Assembly: GCA_001793945.1 (NCBI GenBank)
Contig: MGIW01000006.1
Location: 70,179-134,178, forward strand
Reading direction: 5' to 3'
Origin: Candidatus Wolfebacteria bacterium RIFOXYD12_FULL_48_21
GTDB lineage: Bacteria; Patescibacteriota; Minisyncoccia; UBA6257; UBA9933
Length of the DNA stretch: 64,000 nt
The position numbers and the translations under genes were made by a program. Shown here in pieces: positions 59,162 to 64,000 of this stretch; position 1 is the stretch's first letter, and every line of letters begins with the position of its first letter. The notes under the pieces were generated by a model, which did not search any database, was not told the DNA's origin, and saw only the letters and a program-made list of their open reading frames with translations.

Positions 59162-59884
59162 TTATTCGTGGGGGGATTTTTTGATGGCGATGTCGCCGAA
59201 GCGGTCGGGTTGTTCTACGCGAATATGTTGGTCGCGCAGCAGATGGAGCAGCGCAAGAAAGAGGACCACGACCTCCTTCTTTGATTTTTCATTGATCAGA
59301 TTGCCGAAGCTTTTTATGCCCGCAGTAACTTTCATGAGTATTTCCTCGATCTTTTCTTCGAGCCTTACTACCGTGTTCTCAACCTTTTTGAACTCAAGTG
59401 CTGCGGCCTTAAGGGTTTCGAATAGGGTTGTCATCGCCGCGTGCATTGCTGACGGTGTTATTTCGGGTGATGGGTAGAAGATAGTCGGTCGGCCGAGCAA
59501 GAGCGGGCGCGCAACTGCCACCGATTCTTGCTCATAAAGCGCTTTGACATGTACCATGGCAGGTTTGAATCGTTGGTAGAACTTCAATCGATGTTCGAGA
59601 TCTTTGATATCTTCCTGATCTTCGGCAGACAATACGAGCGAGGGAAGGAGTGCTTTTGACTTGATCAATAATAGGCGCGATGCGATCGCCACAAAATCGG
59701 AAAGAAATCGAATCTCTACCTCGTTGCGTTCTTTGCCCGACAGATTCATTTCCTGTACAAATTTAAGAAAATCATCGGTCACTAAAGCAAGGCTCACTTG
59801 TGTGATCTCCAATTTGCGCGCCTCGATCATTTCAAGGAGTGTCTCTATAGGCCCGGTGAATTGTGCGGTGTTTATTTGGTACAT
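59162..59884 (-). CDS. scpA: Segregation and condensation protein A
   Basis: FTGPIETLLEMIEARKLEITQVSLALVTDDFL is the ScpA N-terminal pattern. Confidence 0.8.
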   Translation of the reverse strand: MYQINTAQFTGPIETLLEMIEARKLEITQVSLALVTDDFLKFVQEMNLSGKERNEVEIRFLSDFVAIASRLLLIKSKALLPSLVLSAEDQEDIKDLEHRLKFYQRFKPAMVHVKALYEQESVAVARPLLLGRPTIFYPSPEITPSAMHAAMTTLFETLKAAALEFKKVENTVVRLEEKIEEILMKVTAGIKSFGNLINEKSKKEVVVLFLALLHLLRDQHIRVEQPDRFGDIAIKKSPHE

Positions 59885-59977
59885 AATAATGACCTATAAC
59901 TTATAACCGATAACTGATTACAGGATACAGCATTCTGATGTGGATGTATTTTGTCAAAAGTCATCCGTTGTTTGTTA

Positions 59978-61246
59978 TCAGTTAGTTTTTGTAAACAAAA
60001 ACTGTATCGGGTCGAGGTAGCCGTAATCGCGCGGATCGCCCGGCGTGTAACCGTAACACGCATGCGGTTCACTTTCCATTGCTCCAGGTATTTTGATCTT
60101 GCACGCCATGCCGCCGTCCGGATTTTCCAATACCGGTTTTGTCTTTAATTCAAAGTGCAGATGGATGTCGTCGGGGTTGGTGCTGTCGCAGCCATCGGTG
60201 CCGACCTTCCAGTTGTTTTGGCAGCCATAGGCGCTGTTGCCGACCGTTCCGAGCGTGTCGCCGGCGTGTACCGTGCCGCCTTCCGTGATCGAAGCGGCAA
60301 TCGAGGCAAGATGCGCATAGACGCCGTAAAGCGTTTTCCCGTCGATGGTGTGTTCGACGATGACTGTTGCTCCCATGCCATGATCCGTTCCGTCATTCGG
60401 CTGTATTCGCATGACTGTTCCGTCGGTTATTGCATATGCGCCAAGATCCGTCGCATCGCGGTTCGGAGCAAGGTCTACGCCCGCGTGCTCATCGTAATCG
60501 AGCATAAGTTTATCGAGGTTGCCGGCGTAGCTCCATGTTGAACGGAGCGGGCTATAGAACCGCTGACGGATCCAAAATTGATCCATGGCCACTGGCGCGT
60601 ATAGGGTCGGTTTGATCGTTCTGTCGCCGAAGGTCTTATAAATGACAAGCTGATCGCCGCGATCCAAAAAATCGAACAAGCGTTTTGCGATATCCGTTTC
60701 GAAGCGCAGGCATCCTCCGCTGAACTGCGATGTCACTTTTGTGCCATCGTCATAAAAGGGGATCTCGTGCATGAAAAAATCTTCGGTGATCTGGATCGCA
60801 TAGGGCATATTGACCGGGAACAATGAGGATCGGTGCTTTTCGTTCATGAACCCCACGCGGAAGTAACCCGTCGGCGTTTGGAACCACACATTTTCCGGTG
60901 ATTGATAAGCGACGGGTAGTATGTCGACGATCTTTCCGTTTTCAAACAAAATAATTTTTTGCGTCGTAAGATCGATCTGTGCTCCTTTTTGTTCGGTTAT
61001 TTTTGGTGCTTCAAAGCAGTAATGCCGGTCGGTTTCGTCTGCTAATTGCAGTGTTTCTGCGCAAATGTTCTTTTGTTTTTCTTCTTGCGACATGGTAATC
61101 AGCCGGCGTGAAAGTGTCGCCACTTGCGACTGTGCCGCCAGTTGTTGTGCGGGCTCCGGATAGACCGCTTTGCCGATGTTCCATCCACCCCAAAAAAGAA
61201 GCGGGGTTGCGATAAGGATGCCGGTTGTTGTTCGGATGGTTTGCAT
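59978..61246 (-). CDS. Bifunctional cell-wall protein: L,D-transpeptidase (YkuD) domain plus M23 metallopeptidase domain
   Basis: YkuD motif HEIP...SGGCLRF. M23 motifs HAGVD and HLHFE. Confidence 0.7.
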   Translation of the reverse strand: MQTIRTTTGILIATPLLFWGGWNIGKAVYPEPAQQLAAQSQVATLSRRLITMSQEEKQKNICAETLQLADETDRHYCFEAPKITEQKGAQIDLTTQKIILFENGKIVDILPVAYQSPENVWFQTPTGYFRVGFMNEKHRSSLFPVNMPYAIQITEDFFMHEIPFYDDGTKVTSQFSGGCLRFETDIAKRLFDFLDRGDQLVIYKTFGDRTIKPTLYAPVAMDQFWIRQRFYSPLRSTWSYAGNLDKLMLDYDEHAGVDLAPNRDATDLGAYAITDGTVMRIQPNDGTDHGMGATVIVEHTIDGKTLYGVYAHLASIAASITEGGTVHAGDTLGTVGNSAYGCQNNWKVGTDGCDSTNPDDIHLHFELKTKPVLENPDGGMACKIKIPGAMESEPHACYGYTPGDPRDYGYLDPIQFLFTKTN

Positions 61247-61294
61247 GATAGGGGCGGGCGTTATTGCACAGTGACGACGAATCGTCGTGCATAC

Positions 61295-62581
61295 TTAATG
61301 TTCTATGCGTATTGTATTGATGCCCTTATTGTCTATGAAATAAACGGAATCGTTTTCAGCTACATAGCGATAGTCGGTGAACCCACTTATGAGTAGAAAT
61401 GTATTCAGGGGTTTTCGGTCGTCTAATTCCGTGATCGCAAGTTCGCCGGTCCATTCGATCAACAGGTGATAGGAATCCCTGTGCCAGTGAACGGTTTGTA
61501 CCGGTTTTTCTTGTGGCAGTGCAATGGCGATGATCTCGCCCGCCTTTTTGCGGATGTCGCCATTGAAATCTTCAATGAACAGCACACTTGCTTCGCCGGT
61601 TGCTTCGACAAAGGCCAACTTTTTTCCATCCGGAGAGAATGTAAATGAGGTGACATTGCTTGAAACGCGGCGGATCGTTTTTGTTTTTGGGTCGAATAGA
61701 GACAACGCATATGCCGTGTCGGAAAACGCCATTGATCCGCTTCCGGTCGTGGACAGCGCTGTAATGACGGTCGTGGTTGCTATGTGCGCGTTCAGCTCAC
61801 CGAGCAAGGCCTTTGACTTGAAGATCAGATTGAGCGTGAATGCCCTTTGCGTGCGCGGTCGTACACCGGTGCCAACCAGCTCAACTCCGACGATTGTTGA
61901 ATCTTGCATGTTCCATGTGGCGAGTGATCCCTTGAGCAAGACCTCTACGGTCTTTTTTTCGGAATCGAACAGCTTGAGGCCGGATGCGTCTTCGATGACG
62001 AATTGGGTCGGCTTGAACGGAACGAACGAGACCTTTTTGATCTTCAGTCCCCGTTGTGCATTGGCAGCGGCAAGGCTTAGGTTGAGCGTGCTGGACGCAT
62101 TTGTTTTATCGTACAGATAGTAGATTCCTGTTGCGGTATCCTGCAATATCATTTTATCAGCTGTTTGCATCGTATCCACAAGACGGGTTCCTTTGGTCGG
62201 TGCGATGAATGTCCGTTCGATCTGTTTCGGAATAAGCTGCACATTCAACAGCTCCTCGACTTGCGATGGTTTTACTGTAAGGGTTTTGTGGTAGGTATGG
62301 TAACCATCTTTTGTTATTTCTACCCGATATGTCTTGGGGAGCAGGTTTGATATGAGCGTGCCGCTTTGCAGAATACCCGCAGCATCCTTGTACGGTTTTC
62401 CGTTTATCGTAATGGCGGTATCGCGCACATTTGTTTTGATATAGATCGCGCCGATCTTTTGGAATGTTTTTGTTTCGGTGGAGAACCGCCATCCGTATGA
62501 GTAGAGGAGCACTCCCGTTCCTCCTATGAGAAAAGCGGCTACGAAGAGGTAAAATAATACGATTCTTGTTTTGTGTTGCAT
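61295..62581 (-). CDS. PEGA-domain / beta-propeller (TolB-like) protein
   Basis: Start chosen at MQHKTRIVLFY (TM). The ORF is open to 62770 through the repeat. ITINGKPY...YRVEITKDGY is PEGA-like. Confidence 0.55.
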   Translation of the reverse strand: MQHKTRIVLFYLFVAAFLIGGTGVLLYSYGWRFSTETKTFQKIGAIYIKTNVRDTAITINGKPYKDAAGILQSGTLISNLLPKTYRVEITKDGYHTYHKTLTVKPSQVEELLNVQLIPKQIERTFIAPTKGTRLVDTMQTADKMILQDTATGIYYLYDKTNASSTLNLSLAAANAQRGLKIKKVSFVPFKPTQFVIEDASGLKLFDSEKKTVEVLLKGSLATWNMQDSTIVGVELVGTGVRPRTQRAFTLNLIFKSKALLGELNAHIATTTVITALSTTGSGSMAFSDTAYALSLFDPKTKTIRRVSSNVTSFTFSPDGKKLAFVEATGEASVLFIEDFNGDIRKKAGEIIAIALPQEKPVQTVHWHRDSYHLLIEWTGELAITELDDRKPLNTFLLISGFTDYRYVAENDSVYFIDNKGINTIRIEH

Positions 62582-62584
62582 AGG

Positions 62585-62775
62585 CGAGCTCGTGCACTTG
62601 GTGAATTGCTGCGTTGCGGGTCCCCGGCGCTGCGGTCGTCGTACGAATAGTACGCCTTCCTTGCGCCGCTCCCGGTCTGCTCCGCGTAAGAATGGATGCT
62701 TCGCCGACATTCCAAATTGCGACACGGCTCCGCCGTGGGCAATTTTAGTCACGCCTTGCACTTCACTCAAGTCCG
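62585..62775. repeat. Third copy of the gaattgctgcgtt...cgccttgcacttcactcaag repeat family
   Basis: Flanked by gagctcg on both sides. 5' and 3' blocks match the 1452-1565 copy. Confidence 0.6.
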
Positions 62776-62852
62776 CGAGCTCTTAGGGATCAATCAATTT
62801 GATTTAGTGATACATATGTTATAGTATAAAAACACTAATTAAGCAACAATCC

Positions 62853-64000
62853 ATGCGGTTTATTATCAACGGAGGGAAGCCATTGCGGGGGGCTATCGAG
62901 GTCAAAGGTTCGAAAAATGCCACGACGAAAATGATGATCGCGTCGCTTCTTACTGATGAAGAATGCGTGCTGGAAAACTTTCCGTCGATTGGAGATACGG
63001 AGATCACGAAAGAGCTGTGCGAACATATCGGGGCAACCGTGACCGTCGACGGCTCCACTGCGCGTCTGTGCACTCCGAATATCAAAAGTCATCGGGTAAC
63101 ACAATTGACCCGCCGAAACCGCATTCCGATCCTTGCGCTTGGGCCGTTGTTGAACCGCGTCGGCAAGGCGGAGGTTCCCGTGTTGGGCGGCGATAAGATC
63201 GGCGCCCGTCCGGTCGACATTCATCTTGATGGATTGAAGCAGCTTGGCGCCGAGATAACGCATGATGATAAATTTTTCTATGCCAGCGCTCCGAATGGAT
63301 TGACAGGCGCGACGATCACACTTCGTTATCCAAGCGTCGGTGCCACAGAAAACATCATCTTGGCTTCTGTGTTGGCGAAAGGGCGTACGGTCATTCACAA
63401 TGCGGCCGTGGAGCCCGAGATCATGGATATTATTTTGCTGTTGCAAAAGATGGGCGCGATCATCGGACTTGGTTCCGACCGTACGATTTATATAGAAGGA
63501 GTAAAGAAGTTGCATGGCGCACGACATCGCATTCTTCCCGATCGCAACGAGGCAGTTTCGTTTGCCTGTCTTGGGTTGGCGTTTCCGGGCAACGAGGTGA
63601 CGGTAAAGAACGCCGTACAAAAAGATCTGATCACATTTTTGAATGCGGTTCGCAAGATCGGCGGGGAGTACCGTATCGAAGATGACGGCATTACCTTTTT
63701 CCGTAAAGATGGACTGGTGGCAAGCGAAGTGGAAACCGATACGCACCCCGGGTTCATGACTGATTGGCAACAGCCGTTTTTGATCCTGCTCACGCAGGCG
63801 GCGGGCACATCCGTCATGCACGAGACCGTGTATGAGGACCGGTTCGGATACACCGAAGAGTTGAAGGCCATGGGTGCAAATATTGCCGTATTCTCGAAAT
63901 GTCTTGGGGAGTTGTCGTGTCGCTATAACGGACAGGGATTTCCGCACAGCGCTATCGTCTCCGGCCCGACCCCGTTGCGGGGTGTTGATACGCTCAAGGT
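62853..64000 (+). CDS. murA: UDP-N-acetylglucosamine 1-carboxyvinyltransferase (3' partial)
   Basis: Translated by hand. The frame is open from the ATG at 62853 to the window edge. MRFIINGGKPLRGAIEVKGSKNA...GGDKIGARPVDIHLDGL...LPDRNEAVSFAC...THPGFMTDWQQPF matches MurA end to end. The ORF is missing from the supplied track because it has no stop codon within the window. Confidence 0.9.
   Translation, partial: MRFIINGGKPLRGAIEVKGSKNATTKMMIASLLTDEECVLENFPSIGDTEITKELCEHIGATVTVDGSTARLCTPNIKSHRVTQLTRRNRIPILALGPLLNRVGKAEVPVLGGDKIGARPVDIHLDGLKQLGAEITHDDKFFYASAPNGLTGATITLRYPSVGATENIILASVLAKGRTVIHNAAVEPEIMDIILLLQKMGAIIGLGSDRTIYIEGVKKLHGARHRILPDRNEAVSFACLGLAFPGNEVTVKNAVQKDLITFLNAVRKIGGEYRIEDDGITFFRKDGLVASEVETDTHPGFMTDWQQPFLILLTQAAGTSVMHETVYEDRFGYTEELKAMGANIAVFSKCLGELSCRYNGQGFPHSAIVSGPTPLRGVDTLK

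Noticed and set aside
62835-63947. 370-aa minus-strand ORF
   Set aside because: It is antisense to a hand-translated, clearly homologous murA on the plus strand. The track omitted murA only because it has no stop codon in the window.

Overview
This 64 kb window reads as a compact bacterial chromosome segment of about 50% GC. Its gene content and repeat architecture suggest a CPR/Patescibacteria-like organism; that is inference, not proven.

Housekeeping genes present:
- metG, leuS, fmt, def, gyrB, secE-nusG-rplK, murA, mraY, dacA, scpA and scpB, mpg, htrA.

Type IV pilus / competence locus (about 25.6-40.4 kb):
- comF, pilM, pilN, pilO, pilB, pilT, pilC, a major pilin, pilD, and four minor pilins.

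Main observations:
1. A complete diversity-generating retroelement (DGR) sits inside the pilus locus at 35.5-38.1 kb.
   - The target gene ends in a 135-bp variable repeat (VR, 36008-36142). A template repeat (TR, 36499-36633) lies about 355 bp downstream. The two copies differ at 14 positions, and every difference falls on an adenine of the TR.
   - An Avd-like four-helix-bundle ORF is on the opposite strand.
   - The reverse transcriptase carries the DGR-type LGxxxSQ and YADD motifs.
   - A G9/T8 homopolymer tract lies in the avd-RT intergenic region.
2. A low-GC accessory island follows tRNA-Gln (about 2.4-8.3 kb).
   - It carries an XRE-type C-protein candidate, an MvaI/BcnI-like restriction endonuclease, and a convergent methyltransferase.
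   - The methyltransferase is fused in-frame to a full LexA repressor, including the autopeptidase Ala-Gly / Ser / Lys elements. Its motif IV is SPPY, which is m4C-like.
   - The island also holds two small GIY-YIG proteins and a GIY-YIG-like / MBL-fold hydrolase / membrane-protein cassette.
3. A second LexA-type DNA-binding domain is fused to a GIY-YIG domain at 50675-51130.
4. gyrB is interrupted by a 432-aa intein with an HNH homing-endonuclease signature at the canonical GG|SAKQGRD site.
5. Two loci carry heptanucleotide tandem arrays of the gtatgag/ctcccat type. One abuts the pilN start codon and can be read in-frame as PSPISHL heptapeptide repeats.
6. Many MITE/REP-like palindromic elements with GTCATYCCG termini are scattered through intergenic regions and create numerous spurious ORFs.

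No CRISPR array or rRNA was found. Two tRNAs are present: Gln-CTG and Gly-CCC.
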